Shown: piece by piece, positions 30,271 through 39,043 of the stretch | How the letters are laid out: the number at the start of each line of letters is the position of its first letter | Numbering within the stretch: position 1 is the stretch's first letter | Origin: a virus | IMG/VR virus record: IMGVR_UViG_3300045256_000294 | Coordinates: 72,953 to 136,952 of that record | Reading direction: 5' to 3' (one strand) | Length of the DNA: 64,000 nucleotides | The notes under the pieces: model-generated | Seen by the model: only the letters and a program-made list of their open reading frames with translations | Database searches by the model: none | What the model was told of the DNA's origin: nothing | Position numbers and translations under genes: made by a program

Positions 30271-31013
30271 GTGGCATCTTCAACCGCCTCGAACTGGACG
30301 TGATGCAGGCCAACGAACTCAAGGAGAGCGTCGAGCTAGCCTTCAAGTATAAGTTCCCCGCGATCGTCGTACATCCCGGCCTCGCCTCCGACGCTCTACG
30401 AGCCCGCGGTGCCGTCCGCGGCCAGTTCAAGATCATCACCCCGGTGGATTGGCCCAAGGGCGATAACTTCGGCATCGTGAAATTCCGCGGCCTGTCTCTC
30501 GACGCAGTAGAGACCGACGGGTTCGAGATCATGCTCACCGGCGGAAAGTCGGAGGGCGACACCAGGAACGAGGCCAAGGCCCTCACCGAATTCGTCAAAA
30601 GGCAGATCTCCGACCAAACGGAGGTTCGGTTCGTGCTAGGCAGCTTCATGCGGGACAACGACAACCTCGCTGCCCTGTGCCGGGGGCTCTTACACGTTCG
30701 TACTCCTACCCTAGTTCGCACCGACACCCAACTCAAGCTTCAGGTGTCCAAGGCGAACACCGAAGAGCATAACCGGGTGGTTAATCTCATCCGCAGCATC
30801 GTCCAGGTGCCGGTGAAGGTGGCCGGCAATATCGCCGGGGTGCGGTCGGTGACCGGCTGCCCCGACGCCGCCCGGTACGCGGTGAACCTATTGCAGGCCC
30901 GCACGATCATCAAAGAGTTCCAGCAACAGCCCGGTGGCTTGCGAACTCTCCTAAACAGCCCGCCGCCGGACAACCCGGCCGAAGTGGAGCAAGAGGATGA
31001 TGCTACCGTGTGA
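30267..31013 (+). CDS. DeoC (deoxyribose-phosphate aldolase)-like TIM barrel, catalytically divergent
   Basis: IVVHP, TPVDWPKG, DGFEIML, VRFVL and VKVAGNI follow the DeoC pattern; the FIKTSTG Schiff-base Lys position reads LVRTDT. Confidence 0.65.
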   Translation: MSGIFNRLELDVMQANELKESVELAFKYKFPAIVVHPGLASDALRARGAVRGQFKIITPVDWPKGDNFGIVKFRGLSLDAVETDGFEIMLTGGKSEGDTRNEAKALTEFVKRQISDQTEVRFVLGSFMRDNDNLAALCRGLLHVRTPTLVRTDTQLKLQVSKANTEEHNRVVNLIRSIVQVPVKVAGNIAGVRSVTGCPDAARYAVNLLQARTIIKEFQQQPGGLRTLLNSPPPDNPAEVEQEDDATV

Positions 31014-31320
31014 TGCCTGCGGGAGCGAGCAAGAATTCGACGCGGGCAATGATTATATCTTCTGCACCCGTTGCGGCCACTCGATCCCTGTAACCATGGA
31101 AACGGTACACATCGGTGAGAAGTTAGGGGAGGCCCTCCTGCTACCGCCGCCACAGGTATTAGAAGAAGGAACGGTCGTCATTATTGACCATGAGGATCAC
31201 GTCTGGCACAATGAAATCGCCGTCATCTGTGGTGTTAAACACAAATTCTACCGCCTGGAATTCGGCGGTAGAAAAACCTGGGTCCCCTGCGAGTGGGTGA
31301 AAGAACATGAACCTCATTAG
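30997..31320 (+). CDS. Zn-ribbon plus SH3/KOW-like small protein
   Basis: CDAC..CTRC; GTVVII..YRLEF..WVPCEWV. Confidence 0.6.
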   Translation: MMLPCDACGSEQEFDAGNDYIFCTRCGHSIPVTMETVHIGEKLGEALLLPPPQVLEEGTVVIIDHEDHVWHNEIAVICGVKHKFYRLEFGGRKTWVPCEWVKEHEPH

Positions 31321-31678
31321 CGAAATGGAGGAACTCGGCCAAGACGCCGACCTCCTGACCCGCAGCGACCCCTGGCTCGAACAGGAGCGGGTCCGCCTGT
31401 CCGAAGAGTTAGAGAAAGTTGCCACCCACCTACGGGCCGTGCACGTAGCCCAAAAGATCAAGCGGCAACTCCAGCAAAAAAACCTCGTCGCCGTCCAGCA
31501 ACTCCTACGGGACGCCGACGGTGAGGTCAAGAACATCATCGTCCGGATCATGAACCTACCGGACGCCCTGTCGATGCTCTCGACCTCAGACACCCTGGAC
31601 GAACTGAACGTCGCCGCCCAACTCCACGGGTGGAAAGAGGACGGTTACGATCTGGTGGCCAGCGCAGCCCTCCGATAA
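31307..31678 (+). CDS. Hypothetical helical protein
   Basis: Overlapping operon gene of 123 codons. Confidence 0.65.
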   Translation: MNLISEMEELGQDADLLTRSDPWLEQERVRLSEELEKVATHLRAVHVAQKIKRQLQQKNLVAVQQLLRDADGEVKNIIVRIMNLPDALSMLSTSDTLDELNVAAQLHGWKEDGYDLVASAALR

Positions 31679-31703
31679 GGTCTATACCCACCCACAGTCC
31701 AAT

Positions 31704-31727
31704 CGGGCCAGCCGGAAGGCTGGCCCG
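31704..31727 (+). promoter_or_regulatory. Perfect 10-bp hairpin with a GGAA loop just upstream of ATG 31736
   Basis: CGGGCCAGCC-GGAA-GGCTGGCCCG. Confidence 0.5.
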
Positions 31728-31735
31728 GCCCATTT

Positions 31736-32011
31736 ATGGAGCCAATAGTCTATCGTGTCATCGAGGCTACACCCAACGATAAGGGCATTTCTCTGCTCCT
31801 TAGTCAGGATGGGATCGAAGACCCAGAGGCTGACATCGTATTGGTGTGGCGGGATGACCAAGACGTCGAATGGGCACACTGGAAAGAACAAGACCACAGA
31901 GTCGATGCTCTATCCTGGCGATTCCCGCTAGACTCGTCAGACGACGAAACGCACGTGTTGGTCAGTAACAACAAACTCTGGAGCAACAATAATGCAACCG
32001 CGGAAATTTAA
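31736..32011 (+). CDS. Hypothetical acidic protein
   Basis: 91 codons overlapping the purZ start. Confidence 0.6.
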   Translation: MEPIVYRVIEATPNDKGISLLLSQDGIEDPEADIVLVWRDDQDVEWAHWKEQDHRVDALSWRFPLDSSDDETHVLVSNNKLWSNNNATAEI

Positions 32012-35000
32012 CATCGTGACGGACGGGGCCTGGGGCTCGTGCGGCAAGGGCCTCATCACCACCGCCCTCGCCTGGAAGCACCGGCCACAAATCATCAGCA
32101 CCACCAACATGGCGAATGCCGGACACTGCCAGACGGCTGACACCTACGTTATTACCGATCGTGGGCTGGAGCGTCTAGGGTCTGTCGTCCTCAATAGGAC
32201 CGCCTCCCAAACCGTGAACATGGACGGGAACTTTGAGATGGTGTCGCATCACCACTATGATGGCGTACGGCACATCAACGAGATCGCCCTTCAAAACGGA
32301 GTGAAGCTCCGGTGCACCGATGCCCATCGCTATTACGTCTGGGACATCCAGAACGCGGCGTTCAGATGGGTGGCCAGTAACAACCTCAACGCCGACCACC
32401 ACATCTTTCTCTTCCCCAAGGAGGTTGCCTTCCCGAACAACAAACTCCTACCAGACCGGTGGTCGATGGAGCCTCTTCCCAACCGCACCATCATCACCCT
32501 ACCGCCGGACTCGACCAAGACGGACGTGCGATTCGCCGAATACTTAGGGCTGCTGGTGGGTGATGGGTATTACGCCGGTCTGCAGAAGATCTCAATCGCC
32601 TTCCACAGCGATCGACTCGACGTGGCTGAGACGGTGGCCGACCTGTATCGCGACATGGGTATTACGGCTGTCGAACTGCGGCGAGTACCGGGGAAGAGAT
32701 ACTCTACCCTTACCACCCGCCAGACCTCCGGCTTGAATGAACTGTTCAAGATCGTGGGCCTTGATAGGGCCACCAAGTCTGCCAAGAGGACGCCATCTGG
32801 CGTCCTACGGTCCAACAAGTTGGTCATTGCCGCCTATCTCCGTGGTCTGTTCGATGCGGACGGCTCGGTTAAGAAGGACCGCGTGCAGCTCACCAATTGC
32901 TCACGGGTCGTTGTGGAAGACGCCCAGCAGATGCTCTATGTTCTTGGTATCCATTCATGTCTGAGCGTCTATCACTGTGACCGCCCCATCAAATCAGGCG
33001 TCCGGCTCCCACAATTCATCCTGTCAGTCTCCGGAAAGGCAGACCTGATGGCCTTTCACCGCACGGTCGGTTTCCTGTCACGGGTCAAGACGGAGCGTCT
33101 CCTGGGACTTGTCGGCCAGACTGAGGAGCAAGGTCTAGTCCTACCCCTGTCACTGCAGCTGCGGCAAAAACTGCGACAATCTGGGCTGGCGGGCCGAACC
33201 AACACCCGCACCGCTTCGGTGGTGGAAAAACTCGCTAACAGCACCGATCCGGAAATTGTGCGTCTCGTTGATCTGTGCCGAGACTATCACCCCGTACGCA
33301 TCAAGTCGATCCGCTTACACTGCGATCAAGCTGAGGTGTTCGACATTACCGTTCCCGGTACTCACAGCTATTTGGCCAACGGGTGTGTGTCGCACAACAC
33401 CGCCGTCTTCACCGACGGCCGGACGTTCGTGGCTAAGGCCCTCCCCTCCGCCACCATCCTCACCAAGTGGCTCACCGACTACCAGCCGCAGATCGTCGTC
33501 GGCCCCACCGCCGCCTTCGACCTCGACCAGATGATGAAAGAGATCCATGAGTGCGGGGTTAACCACTCCCTGACCATCCACCCGCGGGCCGGCGTCATCA
33601 CCGAAGCCCACAAGCTGGCCGAGAGCGGCAACGGCGAAGGCTCAACCAAGCACATCGCCTCCACGATGCAGGGCTGCGGCGCCTTCCTAGCCGACAAGAT
33701 CCTCCGCAAGAAGGGACTCCGGCTCGCCCGCGATTACCCCGAACTGAACAGCTTTATGGCGGACTACCTGCCGCGGAAGCTAACCATGCTGGGAGCCGAG
33801 GCCGCTGCCCTCGAAGGACTCAGCCTGCCGGAGATGCTCTACCGGCTAATGACCCGGCACGGCTACACCATTCTGCACGAAGGGAGCCAGGGCTTCTCCC
33901 TCGACATCAATCACGGCTCCCACTACCCCCAATGTCACCACATCGATACTCTGGTTCGCGTCCGTACCGGCGATGGTGTTGTGGAAACGATCCGGTTGCA
34001 AAATGTGGATGTCTCCAGACACACCGAGATCGAGGACATCGGTGGATGGGTGCGTTTGCACAAATCGTGGGAGAATCTCGACCCGGAGCCGATGCTTGCC
34101 ATCGTCGCCGGACAGAATTTGCTTATGGTGACCGCCGGGCACCCGACCATCATTGAGCGTGATGGGGTACGGGTGGAGATTAGGGCCGACGCGGTTCGCC
34201 CCGGTGATCGCGTCTATACACCCACCCCCAACCGTCCTGTCGCTAACAAAGCCCTTGGACGCTCGCTTGCGTACGCGGTTGGCTATTTTCTGGGTGACGG
34301 ATGGATCAGCGGAGAAATGCGGCCGGCGGCTCACCGTCCTACAGCCGGCCAGAAGAAAACCACAGAACTCGCCCGCTACCGAGCACGCAAACAAGACATG
34401 GTCGTCGAAACGCCGACACACCGGATGGCAGCAGCCCGCAAGACTCAGATGTTGGGTGTGATCTTCTCGTCGCAGGATTTTTACCGCCTACCTGGGCATC
34501 TTGACCGTCTCAGTCTGACGCATCACATGCGGGCGACCAAGAGCAAAGCGTTCCGGCTCAACGTCTGGTCATCCGATTTCGCACGTCAACTGGACTCGAT
34601 GGGCATCAAATCCGAACTCGCCCCTAACAAACGGTTGATGCCCGACTATCTGGACTACGACGACGTGACCTTAGCGATGATCTTGGCCGGTTATATTGAC
34701 TCTGACGGGACCGTGACCAAGACCGGCCGCGTCGTCTTCGAGGTTACGTCGTTGTGCCTGTGCCAGCAGTGGCAGCGCTGGTTGCATTCGTTGGGCATTA
34801 AGTGCTCGATCCGTCCCCGAAAGAAGTATGGAACACACTATAGCACACACACCACGACCGACCACTGGTTGATGTCGATCGTTTTCCACAAGAACCAGAC
34901 CGAACACCCGGTATACCAGACTCTGCTTGCCGAATCCGCCAAGGCCGCAATTCGCCTGCGGCCTCAGGCTCGCTGCTGGGATCGTGACGCAACCCATGTC

Positions 35001-35630
35001 CGTTCGGCTTTCTCCGGCGGTCTGTCGAAGGTTACGAGAATCGTCCGACTCGGTTTGCGGCGGGCTTGGGACGTCACTACCGACACCGGAACTTTCCTGG
35101 CCGGCGGCATCTTAGCCCACAACTGTACCAGCCGTGGGACAACCGGCATGCAGAACATGGCCGACATGGGGATCAGCCACTTCGAACTCGGCGACGTCTA
35201 CCTCGTCATCCGCCCATACCCGATCCGGGTGGGCAACGTGATCGAGAACGGCCAACAGGTCGGCTACTCCGGCGACTGCTACGACGGCCAGGAGGAGATT
35301 ACCTGGGAGCAGGTCGCCAAGGAGTCTGGCATGCCGGATGACGTGGCAGCGAGCTTGCTCAAAAAGGAACTGACGACGGTGACCAAGCGACTCCGCCGGG
35401 TATTCACCTTCTCTGACCGGCAGCTTCGGGAAGCGGCCCTCATTAACGGGGCCACCAAGATCGCCCTCAACTTCGCCAACTACATCGACTACTCGGTCGC
35501 CGGCAAAAACCAGTACGATGAACTCACCCCCAAGGTGAAGGACTTCATCGCCCGTGTTGAGGACGTGACCAAGCTGCCGGTCACCGTGGTGGGGACCGGG
35601 CCACAGGTGGACCACGTGGTACTCCTCTGA
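31992..35630 (+). CDS. purZ: PurZ-like N6-succino-2-amino-adenylate synthetase (PurA paralog), about 391 aa after splicing of two inteins
   Basis: GAWGSCGKG (Ser where PurA has the catalytic Asp), NMANAGH|T, IASTMQGCG, EGSQGFSL, YPQ|CTSR, RPYPIRVG, ELTTVTKRLRRVF and LNFANY (in place of TKLD). Confidence 0.8.
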   Translation: MQPRKFNIVTDGAWGSCGKGLITTALAWKHRPQIISTTNMANAGHCQTADTYVITDRGLERLGSVVLNRTASQTVNMDGNFEMVSHHHYDGVRHINEIALQNGVKLRCTDAHRYYVWDIQNAAFRWVASNNLNADHHIFLFPKEVAFPNNKLLPDRWSMEPLPNRTIITLPPDSTKTDVRFAEYLGLLVGDGYYAGLQKISIAFHSDRLDVAETVADLYRDMGITAVELRRVPGKRYSTLTTRQTSGLNELFKIVGLDRATKSAKRTPSGVLRSNKLVIAAYLRGLFDADGSVKKDRVQLTNCSRVVVEDAQQMLYVLGIHSCLSVYHCDRPIKSGVRLPQFILSVSGKADLMAFHRTVGFLSRVKTERLLGLVGQTEEQGLVLPLSLQLRQKLRQSGLAGRTNTRTASVVEKLANSTDPEIVRLVDLCRDYHPVRIKSIRLHCDQAEVFDITVPGTHSYLANGCVSHNTAVFTDGRTFVAKALPSATILTKWLTDYQPQIVVGPTAAFDLDQMMKEIHECGVNHSLTIHPRAGVITEAHKLAESGNGEGSTKHIASTMQGCGAFLADKILRKKGLRLARDYPELNSFMADYLPRKLTMLGAEAAALEGLSLPEMLYRLMTRHGYTILHEGSQGFSLDINHGSHYPQCHHIDTLVRVRTGDGVVETIRLQNVDVSRHTEIEDIGGWVRLHKSWENLDPEPMLAIVAGQNLLMVTAGHPTIIERDGVRVEIRADAVRPGDRVYTPTPNRPVANKALGRSLAYAVGYFLGDGWISGEMRPAAHRPTAGQKKTTELARYRARKQDMVVETPTHRMAAARKTQMLGVIFSSQDFYRLPGHLDRLSLTHHMRATKSKAFRLNVWSSDFARQLDSMGIKSELAPNKRLMPDYLDYDDVTLAMILAGYIDSDGTVTKTGRVVFEVTSLCLCQQWQRWLHSLGIKCSIRPRKKYGTHYSTHTTTDHWLMSIVFHKNQTEHPVYQTLLAESAKAAIRLRPQARCWDRDATHVRSAFSGGLSKVTRIVRLGLRRAWDVTTDTGTFLAGGILAHNCTSRGTTGMQNMADMGISHFELGDVYLVIRPYPIRVGNVIENGQQVGYSGDCYDGQEEITWEQVAKESGMPDDVAASLLKKELTTVTKRLRRVFTFSDRQLREAALINGATKIALNFANYIDYSVAGKNQYDELTPKVKDFIARVEDVTKLPVTVVGTGPQVDHVVLL
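32127..33398 (+). mobile_element. LAGLIDADG intein 1 in purZ (424 aa)
   Basis: CQTADTYV..LGLLVGDG..LRGLFDADG..VFDITVPGTHSYLANGCVSHN/T. Confidence 0.93.
33933..35123 (+). mobile_element. LAGLIDADG intein 2 in purZ (397 aa)
   Basis: CHHIDTLV..VTAGHP..VGYFLGDG..LAGYIDSDG..AWDVTTDTGTFLAGGILAHN/C. Confidence 0.93.
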
Positions 35631-35854
35631 TGACCTTCTACAGCGACAATGCAACCTTCGCTTCGAACGCAGCCCAGGCCCTGGTGAACCGGGGGCTGGG
35701 CTTCACCTTTTACAAATCTCCCGGCAATGGACACGGTGAATTCGCATTTCACGTTATGGATGATAAGGCCATAGACTTGATCCGCTATATGGGTGACCAT
35801 TGGGCGGTGTCCCTCTACGAGGTCCATGATAAGGACCAGCCCAACAGGGACTGA
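35630..35854 (+). CDS. Hypothetical protein
   Basis: TGATG coupling to purZ. Confidence 0.6.
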   Translation: MTFYSDNATFASNAAQALVNRGLGFTFYKSPGNGHGEFAFHVMDDKAIDLIRYMGDHWAVSLYEVHDKDQPNRD

Positions 35855-35884
35855 CTTCGGTAGCTATGGAAACCCGGAGCTACC

Positions 35885-36682
35885 ATGCTACTCGATAAAC
35901 TGAAAATTGCAGCCTACCTGGATGAAGCCGGCGAGGATATCCTGTCCGCCTGCTCAGTTCTGGCGGAACACAAGTTCAATTACGTCGTCCTCCGCCACGC
36001 CTGGAGTGGCAATATCCTCGACGTCAACGATCAGACCTGTGCCAAACTCCGCAAGACTCTACAGGATCACAACCTGAGCGTGGTCGCTCTGGTGACTGAC
36101 CTGGGTAAAGTTGAGACGCCACAACTGATGCGGACGCCCAAGGAGAAGATCGAGCGTCTGTTCAATCTGGCCACCTACTTCCAGGCCAGTATGGTGCGGG
36201 TGCACTGTGGGGTCAAGTCGCGTAACCAGGACGAGAAGGCGATTGAGTCCTGGATGCAGATGATCACCGAGAAGTGTCTGATCTCGACGACAATTCCGCT
36301 ATATGAAGTAGTGGATGAGAGCGTCTACCGCGAGCCGCCAGAGGTCGCCAAATTACTATCGGCGAACCGACGCTGGAAGCTGCTGTACGACCCCGTTCAG
36401 CTTATCATCAAGCAGAACCAAAACCCATTTTTGCGGTATTGGACGTTGTTGAAGGCGTTCATAGCCGCTGTGGATCTTCGTGATTTCAAAATTGGTCACG
36501 GCTACAAGCCGGTTGGTCTTGGCGATGCCCGGATGAAGCTAACGGTTGACGAGGGGCTGGGCGGCACGTATAAGGGCTGGTATTTCTTCGAGCCCTCTCT
36601 TGGCCGTCGCTACGCTTCCGCGGTAACTAAGGCGGATACTTTCAAGCTCGCTCTAGGAGCACTTGAAAATATCATGGCTTGA
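35885..36682 (+). CDS. Xylose-isomerase/AP-endonuclease-2-like TIM barrel with divergent metal ligands
   Basis: AYLDEAG, LYDP, VDLRD, VGLGD and FFEPSL follow the sugar-phosphate isomerase pattern, with His ligands replaced. Confidence 0.65.
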   Translation: MLLDKLKIAAYLDEAGEDILSACSVLAEHKFNYVVLRHAWSGNILDVNDQTCAKLRKTLQDHNLSVVALVTDLGKVETPQLMRTPKEKIERLFNLATYFQASMVRVHCGVKSRNQDEKAIESWMQMITEKCLISTTIPLYEVVDESVYREPPEVAKLLSANRRWKLLYDPVQLIIKQNQNPFLRYWTLLKAFIAAVDLRDFKIGHGYKPVGLGDARMKLTVDEGLGGTYKGWYFFEPSLGRRYASAVTKADTFKLALGALENIMA

Positions 36683-36720
36683 ACCCAGGGCAAAGTTTCG
36701 AGTAACACAAAGGCAAAACC

Positions 36721-36933
36721 ATGGTTGCGAACATCAACGAAGCGGTCGAAGCGATCAAGCGGGTGGGCGGGACGAACGCCCGCATTGTCCCTATGCCTGG
36801 GCAGGATGTGAACGGACGCCAACAGGTCGAAATCCGCGAGGGCACCTCATGGTATCCTGTGGTGACCGGGGTCAGCAGGAAGATGGCCGAAGACATCATC
36901 GCACAGGCTGTCAACAAGGTGATTCTTGGGTAA
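36721..36933 (+). CDS. Hypothetical small protein
   Basis: 70 codons; TAATG coupling to the next gene. Confidence 0.65.
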   Translation: MVANINEAVEAIKRVGGTNARIVPMPGQDVNGRQQVEIREGTSWYPVVTGVSRKMAEDIIAQAVNKVILG

Positions 36934-37379
36934 TGATGCCTGAGCAGCGGAAGATAAAGAGTGTCACCGAACTCGCCAAATATCGCGTGGGCGATACGGT
37001 GTGGTGGGTTATTCTACGTCCGCTGCAGGCCGGCCTCACTCGTGGCCTGCCGGAACACGACGAGTGGATGAAAAAACACCACCCCAAAGTCCTCTATGAA
37101 TGGGGGCCTGGGAAAATCGTGTGGGGAAAGGCACTACTGCCGAAACTACAACACGTCGATTTCGGCAACATTGTACCGCTCCTCACCAGCAAAATCCTTG
37201 TTGACCAGTTCCCGATCTGCGACATTCTCCGCAGTCGTGACACCGGAGAGTTCTTCTACTCCAATGCCGATGACGAGTGGATGCCAGAATCGTACTTGCT
37301 AACCACCAAGATCGCCGCGGACCGTGAACGGACCCGCATCCTCCGGTTGTTTCAAAAGTGGATCGACAACAACAAATGA
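36933..37379 (+). CDS. Hypothetical protein
   Basis: Coupled ATG; YRVGDTVWWV. Confidence 0.65.
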   Translation: MMPEQRKIKSVTELAKYRVGDTVWWVILRPLQAGLTRGLPEHDEWMKKHHPKVLYEWGPGKIVWGKALLPKLQHVDFGNIVPLLTSKILVDQFPICDILRSRDTGEFFYSNADDEWMPESYLLTTKIAADRERTRILRLFQKWIDNNK

Positions 37380-37741
37380 TCTGGTCATCGGATCAAGGCG
37401 ATCCACCATACTACACCCCTGTCGCCAACGGTGTAATCGAGCAATTGCTCGGAAACAACTACTTCGTATCTGCCTATTGGGACCAAACCAGGGCGGAGGG
37501 GATGCAGGTAGTAATCGACATCTCCTTACCACACGGCATCTTCTCAGAATTCCCCGGAATGACCATTAGCCGCGTTGTCTGTGGTCCACCACCCACAGCC
37601 ATTACCGCAATTGGTCGGCACCGGGAAGCTGGGCTATACCTTGATGCCGTCGACCCTGAATCGTTCCAGAAGTTGAATCGTTTTCTCAAAGCTGCTGGTC
37701 GTCACGATCCTTCTGGTTCCGCATCCAAGTCGCCTGCATGA
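37376..37741 (+). CDS. Hypothetical protein, 'LADP'-like
   Basis: ATGA overlap; C-terminal LYLDAVDPESFQKLNRFL. Confidence 0.55.
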   Translation: MIWSSDQGDPPYYTPVANGVIEQLLGNNYFVSAYWDQTRAEGMQVVIDISLPHGIFSEFPGMTISRVVCGPPPTAITAIGRHREAGLYLDAVDPESFQKLNRFLKAAGRHDPSGSASKSPA

Positions 37742-38513
37742 TCGGGGTATCAACCCCAAGCCGACGAGCACCGATCATCATATTGGCGAGGTCCTTCGGC
37801 AGACACTTCCCGCCAAACCCGAACTTCCCGTCGTGCCCCGGCACCTGAGTGTGCGATTGGGTGATCCGACCGTCCGCCAGTATCGCCTCCCGGCAGTGCT
37901 CCCAATCGAGTTTACCGGCGTCGGCGATTTTGCGAAGTTCATTGAACAGACCCACCTTCACGGCCCAGATCACGTTCATCGACAGCTTCACGTACTCGGT
38001 TTCTGCTGCCGACATCACATACACCGGCACTCCGGCGAACCGCTCCTTGCACATCGCTTCGAAATCGCGAGCCGCGTTCATCGACTTCTGGTCCGGAGCC
38101 CAGCCGATGAGATTGCGGGACGGAGTGTACGAGTCGATGAGGCTGAGTCGTTCCGTGAGAAATTCAGGGTGGTGGATGATGGTCAGGTCTGGGTAGATTT
38201 TGGTCATCTCGCCGGTGAAGCCCATCGGAATGGTGGATTTGATGACCACCACCCCACATTTGGGGAGTTCGGCGAGTTTCTTGAAGACGCTCTCTATGAT
38301 GTCGGTGTCGCACTCATATGATCCCGGCCGGCGGTTGGTTGGTACTGCGATGAATACATAATCGCAGGCGGCGGTTTCTTCGAGGGAGTGCACGCTGCGG
38401 TTGGGGTCGGCGTCGTGAATCTTGATGTCGGCCACGTATTCAGACCAGACCTTGGCGTGAGCTTTCCCTACTACTCCGTGGCCAATGACCCCGAACGTTG
38501 GTTTTTTGGTCAT
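37686..38513 (-). CDS. Short UDP-glucose/GDP-mannose dehydrogenase family protein lacking the C-terminal domain
   Basis: GVIGHGVVG, IAVPT, IKST, PEFL and GFGGKCLPKD. Confidence 0.85.
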   Translation of the reverse strand: MTKKPTFGVIGHGVVGKAHAKVWSEYVADIKIHDADPNRSVHSLEETAACDYVFIAVPTNRRPGSYECDTDIIESVFKKLAELPKCGVVVIKSTIPMGFTGEMTKIYPDLTIIHHPEFLTERLSLIDSYTPSRNLIGWAPDQKSMNAARDFEAMCKERFAGVPVYVMSAAETEYVKLSMNVIWAVKVGLFNELRKIADAGKLDWEHCREAILADGRITQSHTQVPGHDGKFGFGGKCLPKDLANMMIGARRLGVDTPIMQATWMRNQKDRDDQQL

Positions 38514-38548
38514 GATAGATACTCAATCTCGAACAGGAGTTCTGGGCG

Positions 38549-39010
38549 ATGGGAAAGAAGAGCCGCCAGAAGAAAGCCCGTCGGAACGAGCCACACCCAA
38601 CGATCTTTGTCCTTGATGGAACCATCCAGCACTTCCCGGATGGTTCTATGATGGAACTATATACTGGCGTGACACCGGATGAGTGGCAGGAGATCGTCAT
38701 CAGCAGCGTCCAATTCAAGATCTTCCTGGACTGTCTCAAGGATGTAGCCTGCCCACTTCTGCACGAGGTCTGGACCAAGGAAGATGAATGGTATCGACTG
38801 ATGCTGGAACACAACATCAGCCGGATGCGGAACCTCGATCCCATGATCTTCCTGCCGATCGACCAGGACGAGATCAAGCGGAAATTCGAAGACAAGATCC
38901 GCACACAGTCGATCGAAGTCGCCGCGGATATCAAGAAGTTCCGTGATCAGCACTACTCATTCCTGGGAGAGCGGTCCGACCACAGCAGCACCGACGTGTC
39001 GGAGCTATAA
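38549..39010 (+). CDS. Hypothetical protein
   Basis: AGGAG RBS; 153 codons. Confidence 0.65.
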   Translation: MGKKSRQKKARRNEPHPTIFVLDGTIQHFPDGSMMELYTGVTPDEWQEIVISSVQFKIFLDCLKDVACPLLHEVWTKEDEWYRLMLEHNISRMRNLDPMIFLPIDQDEIKRKFEDKIRTQSIEVAADIKKFRDQHYSFLGERSDHSSTDVSEL

Positions 39011-39043
39011 CCCAAAACTAAAGTGGACTTCTTAGGGGTGCAT

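Noticed and set aside
31992-35630. Ordinary purA auxiliary gene
   Set aside because: It lacks the catalytic Asp (GDEGKG) and TKLD and has PurZ-type residues instead, although activity is unproven.
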